Positions 52,026 to 62,366 of a DNA stretch of 64,000 nucleotides are shown here, piece by piece. Positions within the stretch are counted from its first letter, which is position 1, and every line of letters starts with the position of its first letter. The DNA is taken from the NCBI GenBank assembly GCA_043228905.1, contig JBHGNT010000003.1:11470001-11534000 (forward strand). Reading direction: 5' to 3'. The notes under the pieces were generated by a model, which was not told where the DNA came from, searched no databases, and worked only from the letters and a program-made list of their open reading frames with translations. Position numbers and translations under genes: made by a program. The stretch is from Azolla caroliniana (Eukaryota; Plantae; Polypodiophyta).

Positions 52026-52870
52026 CTACATTTCCATCTTTGGGCACATCCTTAACCTTTTCAATCTTTTTTCATATGCTTTACCACAAGCATTTTGTTG
52101 TGAGATAGTACGATCTTCACTCACAAAGCATTGTGTACCTTTGAGGTGTACCCAACTATTTTCGAGTATAATCTGCCGCTTTTTATCATCTATCATTGTG
52201 CATACTATAGGCCTTTCTCTAGAGTGAGTAACACTATGTTTCCCAACTCCGTGTGCCCCATATACATTCACATCTGACATCCCATAATTCATGCTAAAAA
52301 AATCACCAATGGCCTTTCCAAGGGATGCGGGTGTTTCCATACTCTACTCTTTAATCGCACGGATGACAATGTTCTTTGATCATCGTTCACGTTCTTTCAA
52401 TTCTCGGACATCTATGCTTTCTATATTCTTCTCGTGGTGCACATCACATGCATATAAGATGAGTTTGATACCATATCCCTACCACACACATCGGCCCATG
52501 ACTTCGTTGTACATACATTTTTCGCCGTCCAATTTTTCTTCTTTTAATGTTTCCTTTAACTCAATCTTGTGAAGGCATTCATTTGTATCAAAAAGAATCT
52601 TTCTTACATTCTTGAATCTTATCTTCAAGTTTTGCCACCACCTTCTAAGTTAAGACTTCCATTCTCAATGACAACAATTTGGAGCTTAGCATTTTCTTTC
52701 ATTAATTTCCTAATCTCTTCACTTTGTTTGTTTATGGTTTCTTAAAGAGAAATCAAGTGACTCATAAGCATTTTGTCTATTGTATTGGAATCAAGATTTG
52801 TTGGTGATCTTAGTTCATTATCAATCATACTCCCGAACTTTGTCGCGTCTTTACGAGTGTTTCCCATTGT
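52026..52870 (-). pseudogene. LINE ORF1 remnant
   Basis: Coiled coil, then R.KNIVIRAIKE...RPIV...LKGT..FVSED, directly upstream of the APE domain. Confidence 0.65.
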
Positions 52871-53023
52871 AGGACAAAATCCTACGGGAAGAGGGAGACA
52901 AAGTGAGAGAGGGAGAGAGAATGTACCCTTCACTCGATTTAGGGCTTCAAAATCTACCTTGCGTTGTCATGAAGATTTTGGGCCATGGTGATAGTACGCA
53001 TTTATTGTTTAGGAAATCGTATT

Positions 53024-53059
53024 AACACGTTCGCGTTCACAAGTGGAAGGATCGCGCAT
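53024..53059 (+). repeat. Left TIR
   Basis: AACACGTTCGCGTTCACAAGTGGAAGGATCGCGCAT. Confidence 0.95.
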
Positions 53060-53381
53060 AAATGGAAGGATAAGGGAAATTTTAGGGGTTTTTCAATGAT
53101 TTTACAAAACACATTGATACCAGTATCATACATGTTCAAACATACTATGAAAAAGGTTAAAAATCCACTATTTTCGTGATTTAGAAGTAACTAAAAAAAG
53201 ACGAATTTCAGAAAGATACATTCTCAATTTATATCACAAACTTCACAACCAATGTTATTTTATAAGAAACATTTTTTTAGAAATCATAAGAATTCAAAAC
53301 ACATGATTTTATATTACTCGATTTGTTACAAGCGGAATGTAGTTACACTTAATAGCCAAATATACATTCATGATCACTCCT

Positions 53382-56162
53382 TTACGGAGAATCACTACTA
53401 TAACTAATATACAATGACGATTCCTCCTCATCATCCTCGGATGTACCAATCAGTGCATTATTTTCATCATAAACCAAATGGTTTGACTCTAGATTATATG
53501 TAGCAGATCTCGTTTGCCTTTGACTCGAGCCACCTTGTAGACCTGGTAATTTTTCTTTTATTATATCTATTGTTGACTTCCTTAATCGTCCGGCTTTTGT
53601 AAGTGTGAAGTCGTACACGATGATATCCACATAAGAGATATCAAGGGTCGAGGTGTTACGAATGTTTCGCTTCCTCTTCCTACCTCCCCTTCTTGTTTGG
53701 CATTCAATCATCTCCAATGTATACTGACCTGTAAAAGCATTTGCACTTCTAGTGTTGTACCAATGAACATTTATAGACTTGATCGTGTTTTCTATTTCAT
53801 GCATTAGCACTTCTAGAATTTTACCAACCCAAAATTGGTGGCCATGTGAGTTCTCATCAGCCGGCGTTGCAATCAACATCCCCGCGGTGAGCTCTTGCAA
53901 ATTTCCTTGCCATCTAGCTTCGGCTGCTTTGGTCATCCTTGGTCCCACATAAATGTCTCTTTGTTGTGGATGGACCAAGCTGTCATTAATCGCATTTACT
54001 AGTTGCTCCGGACTTCTATTTACGCGATCATGTTGCAACGACCATGTGAATGGCGTTTCCAAATTCCAATTATCAACAGATACACAATTGTCTATAATTT
54101 CTTTCTGATCACTATAAAATACATCCCACCATGACGTGTCTTGTTGTGCGGCATATTTCTTGGCGGCCTCAATATGCTTTCTTTTTTCTTCTAAGGCTTG
54201 GAGCCATGACCGTTTTTGTTCTAATACCAAGTCGCTCTGCAACTGTCCTTTCTTCTCAATTGGCATTTGCTTAGCTCCATGGACAATTGTACTCGGCATA
54301 CAAAGTAATAACTGGCAACCACCTTCAGGTTCCCATGTTGTAGAAGATGAATATTGTTTGGCATACAAAAGTGTAGAACCACTTATTCCATTTTTCTTTA
54401 TCAAAAAAATGTGATTGAAACTTATATTGTTTAACTGAGCAAGCACTTTAACATTCCCACCACCCCCATCTAATATATATCTCTTAAAGTCATATACCTC
54501 CTTCAAGTGTAACACTTTTGGGCGTGGTGTATAAGCATCACAAATGACATCAAATAGTTTAGGTAAAGTGAAAGCATCATGCCGAGACAATTGTCTGGAG
54601 AATGTGCTAAACATCTGATCTATATGGTCATGTGTGTGGCCAACCAAAAGGAAATTGACTTTCACTTTCCTAAACAATTCTAGGTTGACCAACATACTTA
54701 GATAGCCAAATACAGTTGAATTTTTGTTCTCTCTAGCAGTATTGTCCAATTGAATGTATAGAACAGGGGGGAAAGGTTGTCCCCAAGACATCAAAACTCG
54801 GTGAATCACTGTAACTGTTAGGTTAGGGTCATTGTGAACATTGGGGTAAGTAATGAAGACGTGAGGTCGAACAGACCTATTATAAGCCAAGCATCCCACC
54901 AAGTGCATTTGAACAAGGCACTCATCATTGACATCTTTGGGGAGCCTCCGCATATGCGGCAAGCATGTCTTCTTTTGGTCCATGCCATCTATCATTAAGC
55001 ACATGTATTGTTCGGGCCTCTTCAAACACTTCTCTCTATGATGCATCGCCTTCCTTCGTTCTAAGGATTGTGCCTCACGATGCTCTTGTAGTAACTTCTT
55101 ACTCGTATCCTTTTCCATTGATGTCTTTGCACCTTTAGCCAAACTTTTAAGATTTGCACAAATGGAGCAATACCCCATACGTACTTTACGAGGAATAATA
55201 ACATTTGAAAACCGAGCTCTCCATAATCTTGTGAATTGGCTATATGTGATCGACTTATTACGTGAGCCCAGCATATCAGATCGATAGACATCATAAACTT
55301 CCCGACGTGTATAATTATCAGAAAGATGCATCCTACCTGTAGTGGGCATTACTTCACAATTTAACTGAAAGTAAGTTTTCATCCAGCCAATAGCTAGTCT
55401 TCCATTTGCACCTTTCATACTTGGAACCTCTTTACAATTGAGCATCTGATCCCCGCTAAGTAGACGTTGTTGTACTCTATGTAGCCGCATGTTACTAACA
55501 CATAACGCAATTTTGAATGCAACTCTACATATCTGTTGCGCATGGAAGATATAATACTCGAATGATACTTTGATCCCCGTACATTTGTCAGATACTAGTT
55601 GCATATGTGACCCGAGGTAAGTGTCTTGCTCATCACCGGTCATCGAAAAATAGTATCGCCTTAATTCTAACAACTTTGATTTTCCAATCATAGACATACA
55701 ACCACGGGCACAACATATTTTGTTGACATCAAATCCAATCTGTTTATCTGATGTCACCAAGCTAAATCTAGCTAGACGAATTCTTCGTGGGATTCTTCTA
55801 ATATGCATAGGGCTCCCAGATTTCTCTTCCTGCATAGAGGTTGGTGTAACCTTGTTACAGTCTAATTCTTTGCTGTGACCATCGCCAATGTTATTCAATG
55901 TTTCCTGGGCACTTCCTTCATTCTCGGTATCTTTATTAATATCGTATTCTTCAATAGAGAACTCTTCACATGTGTCATTATTTACATTCCCTGTAGATGA
56001 GCTCAGACAATATTCTTCGATAGAATATGGTGAGTCGGTCGACAGACAATATTCTTCAATCGAATATGGTGACTCTGATGACAAACAATACTCTTCAATA
56101 GAAAACGATGGGTCTGATGACAAACAATATTCTTCAATCGAGAACGGTGAATCTTCACTCAT
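53382..56162 (-). CDS. Intact 926-aa DDD transposase, Sola-like (DUF7869-type)
   Basis: CSIC...H zinc motif. Candidate catalytic motifs MIDGMDQ, QLDNTARENKN, FLLVGHTHDHIDQMF. Lies between TIRs. Confidence 0.85.
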   Translation of the reverse strand: MSEDSPFSIEEYCLSSDPSFSIEEYCLSSESPYSIEEYCLSTDSPYSIEEYCLSSSTGNVNNDTCEEFSIEEYDINKDTENEGSAQETLNNIGDGHSKELDCNKVTPTSMQEEKSGSPMHIRRIPRRIRLARFSLVTSDKQIGFDVNKICCARGCMSMIGKSKLLELRRYYFSMTGDEQDTYLGSHMQLVSDKCTGIKVSFEYYIFHAQQICRVAFKIALCVSNMRLHRVQQRLLSGDQMLNCKEVPSMKGANGRLAIGWMKTYFQLNCEVMPTTGRMHLSDNYTRREVYDVYRSDMLGSRNKSITYSQFTRLWRARFSNVIIPRKVRMGYCSICANLKSLAKGAKTSMEKDTSKKLLQEHREAQSLERRKAMHHREKCLKRPEQYMCLMIDGMDQKKTCLPHMRRLPKDVNDECLVQMHLVGCLAYNRSVRPHVFITYPNVHNDPNLTVTVIHRVLMSWGQPFPPVLYIQLDNTARENKNSTVFGYLSMLVNLELFRKVKVNFLLVGHTHDHIDQMFSTFSRQLSRHDAFTLPKLFDVICDAYTPRPKVLHLKEVYDFKRYILDGGGGNVKVLAQLNNISFNHIFLIKKNGISGSTLLYAKQYSSSTTWEPEGGCQLLLCMPSTIVHGAKQMPIEKKGQLQSDLVLEQKRSWLQALEEKRKHIEAAKKYAAQQDTSWWDVFYSDQKEIIDNCVSVDNWNLETPFTWSLQHDRVNRSPEQLVNAINDSLVHPQQRDIYVGPRMTKAAEARWQGNLQELTAGMLIATPADENSHGHQFWVGKILEVLMHEIENTIKSINVHWYNTRSANAFTGQYTLEMIECQTRRGGRKRKRNIRNTSTLDISYVDIIVYDFTLTKAGRLRKSTIDIIKEKLPGLQGGSSQRQTRSATYNLESNHLVYDENNALIGTSEDDEEESSLYISYSSDSP

Positions 56163-56861
56163 GGCTTAAGGTCTAGATAGGGCTCTCTAAGTTATGGGCT
56201 TACGGGAAAGAAAAAAACTAATAAGCTCCTCTCTAAACATATACTCCTCTCTAAACATAAACTTCTCTCTAAACAAAAGCTAAATCAATAGAATGTCTAT
56301 ATTATGTAATATTCTATTAATACAATACATCAAAAAATTATTTTTAATAAAGTAATTGTACTTAAAATATCAATTATTATATAAACTAGATCTATATAAA
56401 GTTAAATCAAGTAAAATATAAAACTAATCATTAACAAGCCATGAATATGTTGGATTAATGTTAAAATCATTGGCTAATTAATGGCACCCATTTTGATATA
56501 GAACGTCTCACTCATTGGTTCTTTAATGCTCACCATTTTAAATATTAGACTTATCAATCATTGGTTAATTTATGCCCACATCTTTAATACACAACATTTG
56601 AGAGTCATAAAAATTGTTGGTTTTAGTAATCAATCATTGGTACATTCATGAACCTCTATCATTGTCTCATTCATAACCTTTGAAGTCATTGTAGGTTGTT
56701 ATGACTATAAAAGATTGATCAATATGGTAGTTTAACTTTGTAATCATTAATACAATCATAAGTTTCTCTAGTTAATGTGACTATGGTTACCAACTAACTA
56801 TCCTCAAAGTTACCAACCTTGGTTAAGGTGACTATGGTTACTTTAACCAATGTGTTCAATC

Positions 56862-56870
56862 CCTATAAAT
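56862..56870 (+). promoter_or_regulatory. TATA box of the cargo gene
   Basis: cctataaat about 150 nt upstream of ATG 57015, followed by a cagagcac-repeat 5'UTR. Confidence 0.6.
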
Positions 56871-57014
56871 AGGAAGACCTCGTCATATTTCACTCACCAG
56901 AGCGTACAGAGCGTACAGAGCACACAGAACATAGAGAGCACACAGAGCACACAAAGCACACAGAGCACAAAGCACGAAAGCGCGATCTCCGCCTCCACTT
57001 CCACACGATCAAAC

Positions 57015-60000
57015 ATGTCTTCAAAGAGAATCGAGCGCGAGGACTCCAGGTAGGCCTCTGACACTGTGGACATTTTTGTAAATATGTTTCGTTTCTCAAG
57101 AACTCGATACGCCGTATCGAGTTCATGTATACAATACAAATATTTATACATGAACTCGATACGGCGTATCGAGTTCATAATTTAATTTTGCTTTTTATAC
57201 AGGAACTCGATACGGCGTATCGAGTTCGTGTTTAAAACCTACACTTTAAACACGAACTCGATACGGCGTATCGAGTTCGTGTTTAAAGTGTAGGTTTTAA
57301 ACACGAACTCGATACGCCGTATCGAGTTCCTGTATATAAGAAGGCTTTGAGAGAGAAAAATTGTATTTTTGGGGGTAACAAATAATTTTGGGATGGAAAA
57401 GTTATCAAATTGTCTGGCAAAATCAGTCTTTTTATGTTGGCTTTCCTTACTTTTAAAAAAAAACATGCTCTAATTATAGGTGTTTTATGACCTACTTTAG
57501 CTTAAAATAGTAGAAAATGATCCACAAATTGCCTTTACGATAGCAAATTCTCGTCAATATAGGTTTGGAATCTATATAAGTCATACCTACTATTTAAAAG
57601 AATATATAACCCTTTTTACTTATTACGATATATATTTTCTAGGTTGAATAGCCCTGCCTATAATAGATTTTTGAATATAGGACAATATACAACCTTAATC
57701 TACGTGACTACCTAACTTATGTTTTTGCATATACTTTCTTAAATAGGTCGTTTGAAAACCTGTCGGACCGACCGGTGAAGAAAATAAAGCTTCGCATACA
57801 AGGTTCTCCAATCGAAGCCCAGACCAAGGTAGCTCCTGAGACCATGAAGAGAGGAAAAAAGCTTCTCTTTAACGAAGAGACAAAATCTCAGCCACATAGT
57901 GATGTTAGCCAAAAGAAACTTATCGCCGCTACTGGAGGTGAAGACCTTCCTGACTGAGATCTAACGGACAAGGAATGGTGTATGCAATATGTCAACTCAA
58001 AGAAAAAGGTCATATTGTATACAGCAAAGAAGAAGGGTGAGGGGCAACTTGGAAAGGAAACCCCATTTATGTATGGCCGTATTCTACGATTTGACTACGA
58101 AGATGCAGATTCGGCCAACATACTGGTAATGATAGAGTGCTCCAAGGGGGTACGTAAAGTGTTCCTTTCAGAAGACCTTTTAGTAAAAGAATCTTGTGGG
58201 CCAGAAGTGTTCAAAAAAGCACTTGATAGCTCACAAAACCTTATTGTTACCTTGAGGCCTTATATACAAGGCCATGTAACTCTAAGAGATGAAGTGCCCT
58301 CCCCATTGAAGCCAACAAAAAAGGTTTCCAAAGTCCAGCCAAGACCAGCAAAGAAGAAGACAACGAAAATGTCGGATACGGATTCAACAAGTGAAAACGA
58401 AGAGGAGGATAATAAGGGGACGCCAGGAGCTGAGCTGGCCTCGGGTGTTTTGTCATCCGAGCAGAATAAAATAAGGAGAGAGTTAATGCAACGGAAGCTG
58501 GTCAGGAAAGGGCAAGTATTTAATTTGCCTATAACACACATCCATCAGCCCCCTATTGATGAAAAAGCAGGTCGAAGACCACTTGAGATTAGAGAGCCTC
58601 ACCGCATGCATGTTCAAAATCTCAAGAAAAAAATGAAAATTAATCCTCATGCCACTGTGGTGCCTTTTATTGTTATGGTAGATCCTGAAGAATGTGAAAC
58701 CATTGAAGATTTTGATATTAGAAAACATGATCAATATAATTATTTTGTCATTGGTGGATCGCATTCAGCAGAGGCACGTCGGCAACTTGTGAGAGAACAT
58801 CCAACCACTTTCTTCTTCAAGTATGCCGAGTGCAAAATTTATGTTGGGCTCACAACCGAAGAGGCTAAGCTGTTGGCATGGGACCATAATAATGATAATG
58901 ACTATAGGCAGAAAATGTCGTCCATTGAGCGTATACGATTCTTCCACCACGAGTATTTAGATGTGAAACAAAAGTTTGGTGTGAAGTTACATCCAGGCCT
59001 TCGACGTCAATGTCTGCATGAAGTCGGCATTGTGGTAGATGATAATGTTAGGTCCGATGGTCTTCGAAAGTATGAGTCTTGGTTTCAATTGGCGTTTAGA
59101 GATGGAGAAGTATGGGACCTACAAGATCAAATCTTCTCAATGTGGGAGAATAAGGACGTAAAGGGTCAACGACAAAAGAAATGTAGGGTTGACCCTCAAC
59201 TAGAGTTAAAGTCACAAGCCGCCAAGAAAATTGACTTGACAATTGAAGAAGCGGCAGATGACATGAAGCTGTCTCTATGGAGAGCGATGCAAGGTATTAA
59301 GGACGAGCAGCTTCTTGTGTCGGTTTTGTCAAGGGTTGTGGCGAAAGATTCAAGCCTTGAAGAAATGGTCACTGAGTTCAATAAGTAAGTCCCTCAAATA
59401 CTGAAATTGTAGTCTATCTAGTGTAATTCAAAGTTCTAATCTTGATTTCTAATTTTACAGTCATAAGGTGTACATGAAGATCCAAGAAGTTATGATGAAA
59501 CAACTTGGATGTATAACTTGGGAACAAGTGACCGAGGATTATCCTCTAACGTCTTCGTATAAGGCGTTATCAGAGTATTTTATTGCATTCAAGGATTGGG
59601 TTAGTATTCATGTTTTTTCATTACCCTTTCATCATATGTAGAGCTTGTATAATAATACCTGATGACAAGGCATACGAAATGGAGGAAGATGGCTCCTTTA
59701 AAAAATTTAGCCACAAAAAAGATATTACGAGAGATCTTTACTACAATGTGGTTTGCGGTGATGTCATCGACTTGATCCAGAAGGTGCCAAAGAAGGAATA
59801 TACGCTAATGATTGCGGATATTCCTTACGGATTTCGAATGGCTGGGTCATCATACAACGATGAACCGTTTAGGTTTAAACAATTGGAGAAGATGGTCAAG
59901 GATTTCGCTGAGCTAACGACCGCATCCTTGTGGTGAATAGTTGTCTTTCATAGTATGGACCAAGGGTACTCGGTAGCTCAAGCTTTGAGATCTCGTTGCC

Positions 60001-60844
60001 ATGGCATCGAGAACCTTGCATGGTAAGGATTATTTATAGGTGTCTTTCACTATATTGCATTTCTTAAGGTTGTTGAATCTATTCTTAACTCGATGTATTA
60101 TTTTTTAAAGGATCAAGACCAATGTAAATAGAGGGCCAACTTTTCGGTTCGTTAATGCCATTGAATACATAACGGTTGGCTACTTCGATGAAATTAAGAA
60201 ACAGAGAATCAAAGAGCATTCTAATGAAGTGGGAGGTTCAAATCTGTTGGTATATCCAGCAGTGACACGGAAATTGCGACATGTCACCACGACAGAACGG
60301 GAACTTGTCAACCCATACCAAAAACCTCAACGACTTATGATGCGCTTGATCGAGATGTTTTCTGTTGAAGGAGACTGGATATTAGATCTTGTTTCTGGCA
60401 CAGGTATTCCTCGAACTAGGGTAACGATCTTGAGATAACCAATCCCTTTTTTTCGTTTGACAACTAAATCTTATTGTTACTTACATCACAAGAACTACGT
60501 CTGCATGCGCATTGAAGTTGTTTAGAAATACAGTTGCATTGGAGAAGGACGAGGACCAAGCTATATTTATTAATATGCGGATTAAGGCTTTGTGGGAGTG
60601 CCCAGACCAGGATGAGGAGGTCGGTGCAAAGAACCTCGCCAATACAGAAAGGTTTCAACCTGCTTTGCGAGAGCCTATTCCTCCGTTAGCCGACGAACCG
60701 GGGGAGCTAATAGAGCTTGATGATGAGCTTATAGAAGATATTTCATTGGCTCGGCTAACAGGGGAAACCAATGCACGTATAGCCGAAGACAGTTCTACAC
60801 AAGATGTTGAAGAAAATGACGTTGATGAATTGATTGCTATGTAA
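57015..60844 (+). pseudogene. Spliced ParB/Srx-like domain plus beta-class N4/N6 DNA methyltransferase fusion gene (recently disabled)
   Basis: Exons ~57015-57049, 57747-59384, 59461-59599, 59642-60022, 60111-60403, 60492-60844. Motifs YFVIGGSHSAEARRQL, LMIADIPYG, WIKTN..EYITV, NPYQKP..L..LIEMFS.EGDWILDLVSGTGTT..ALEKD. In-frame TGA at 57955 and 59934. Confidence 0.85.
57100..57329. repeat. Five perfect 25-bp palindromes GAACTCGATACG(C/G)CGTATCGAGTTC at 51-52 bp period
   Basis: Copies start at 57100, 57152, 57203, 57254, 57305. Confidence 0.97.
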
Positions 60845-61856
60845 TAGACTCTATGAAGAATATGACACTGACGATTTGTTAAGATTTCACATTATTAATA
60901 CAAATTTTGGGTTTTACCTAGTGGATTCTATTCTTTATAATCTTCTATATGTTTCAATTTTATTTTTATATACTTGATTAGTAGATTTATGACATTGGTT
61001 TCACCGCGTGCATAGCTGACTACCAAACTTATGGAGAAACATGAACTAGTTTAAATGGAGGCTGATTTTGGTCCAAGCTAACCTTAACAGAACATGGCCC
61101 TATAATTGTTGCCATGACTGTCCATGTTGTTATTATGGATCTTTGTCTTCTATTGTTAAAACTATTATGTTTCTATTCCATTGCTGCTTAGATTGTGTAG
61201 TGTGTTGATAATGGTTCCAGTTGCGTTATCGTTCGGAGTTTGATCTTGTGTGAATCACCTAAGCAATAGAGTAGACCAATTTTAAATACAGGTATGAAAG
61301 CCTAATAGGTTTGTTATTTCCACGACATTATCCTAAAGTTCACTGCCTTACATTGTGCACAATTATATACACATATGGTTTGATCTCATATGAACAAACT
61401 GAGGAATAGATTAGATCAACTTTAAATACAAGTATTGAATACTTTAATAAGTTAGTTATTCCAATCACTTATCCTAATGTGCACTATCCTACATTTTCCA
61501 CAATTACATACATGCACGTATGGGTCAAAGTATAAATTATATCTCATTTTATTAGTATGGATACAAGTACACCTCATATTTTTGTAAAACTTACCTAATT
61601 AATATAAGTCTTTAAGTTAGTGTTTCCCTTGTCGCATAGTAGTGCCATATTGAGCCATAGTTGAACTTTATTATGCCTACATTAACTTATCAACATGTCT
61701 AAACTCGCATGATTTCTAATGATCTCCACTCGTAGATCTATCATGTATTTTTATATTTGCAAATTCTCATCAAGTTGAGGAACATGTGATACTAGTGCAT
61801 CCAATTTTTGTAGAGAGGGTGTATTTGCTTCGTTTTAAGAAGATTCTACAAGTGGA

Positions 61857-61892
61857 ATGCGCAATCCTTCCACTTGTGAACGCGAACGTGTT
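61857..61892 (-). repeat. Right TIR
   Basis: Reverse complement of the left TIR with 1 mismatch. Confidence 0.95.
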
Positions 61893-62366
61893 TATTGTAT
61901 CTTTGTCTGAAGTGACAGAAATAAAGAGGATGTAACAAGGGTATAATGGTTTGTCCCTGGGGCCTATAAAAGGGAGGGGAGAAGGCTAAGAGAGGTATCG
62001 TGTTTTGGGCAAGGACGAGGTGTTGTCGGACTAGGAACTGAGCTCTCTACTCCACTATCTATTGATCATCATTCTTTGCAGGTTTCAGAGTCGGTTGCCT
62101 CTGCTTCGAGGAAAACCGAGCGCTCCTAGCAAAGGCTCCACTATGTGTGTGCATGGGCGTGTGACTGTTTGGGTTAGGTGTGTCGCCGGCTATCCGATTG
62201 TAATATTGCAAGCATTGTAATCGTTATTGTTATTGTAATTGAATCTCCCGTTTTTGTTTATCTATGTTTCTGGGAGTTTCCCTTTTTCCCGCTTGTTCAA
62301 GACGGTATACACATTGGTGGTGTGATTCAGCCGGCACGTGTTGTCGGTTGCAAACAGGTCTAACGG

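Larger units (their letters stand above)
53024..61892. mobile_element. 8.9-kb TIR DNA transposon (Sola-like) carrying a ParB-methyltransferase cargo gene
   Basis: 36-bp TIRs (35/36 identical), exact 4-bp TSD TATT (53020-53023, 61893-61896), two divergent genes. Confidence 0.9.
52965..62366 (+). mobile_element. Host LTR (52965-53023 and 61893-62366) split by the DNA transposon
   Basis: Begins tgtcatg after gcgt, TATAAAA ~61965 followed by U5-like sequence. Confidence 0.5.

Noticed and set aside
57100-57329. CRISPR-like repeat-spacer appearance (25-bp repeats, 26-27-bp spacers)
   Set aside because: Spacers are AT-rich and related (two are reverse complements), repeats are full palindromes, there are no cas genes, and the context is a eukaryotic intron.
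61239-61512. Diverged ~140-bp tandem duplication inside the transposon right arm
   Set aside because: Visible but highly diverged, with no motif linking it to the TIRs or palindromes.
53022-61894. piggyBac interpretation (TTAA|CAC...GTG|TTTA)
   Set aside because: That TSD would be imperfect. AACAC termini give an exact TATT duplication, and the transposase motifs are not piggyBac-like.
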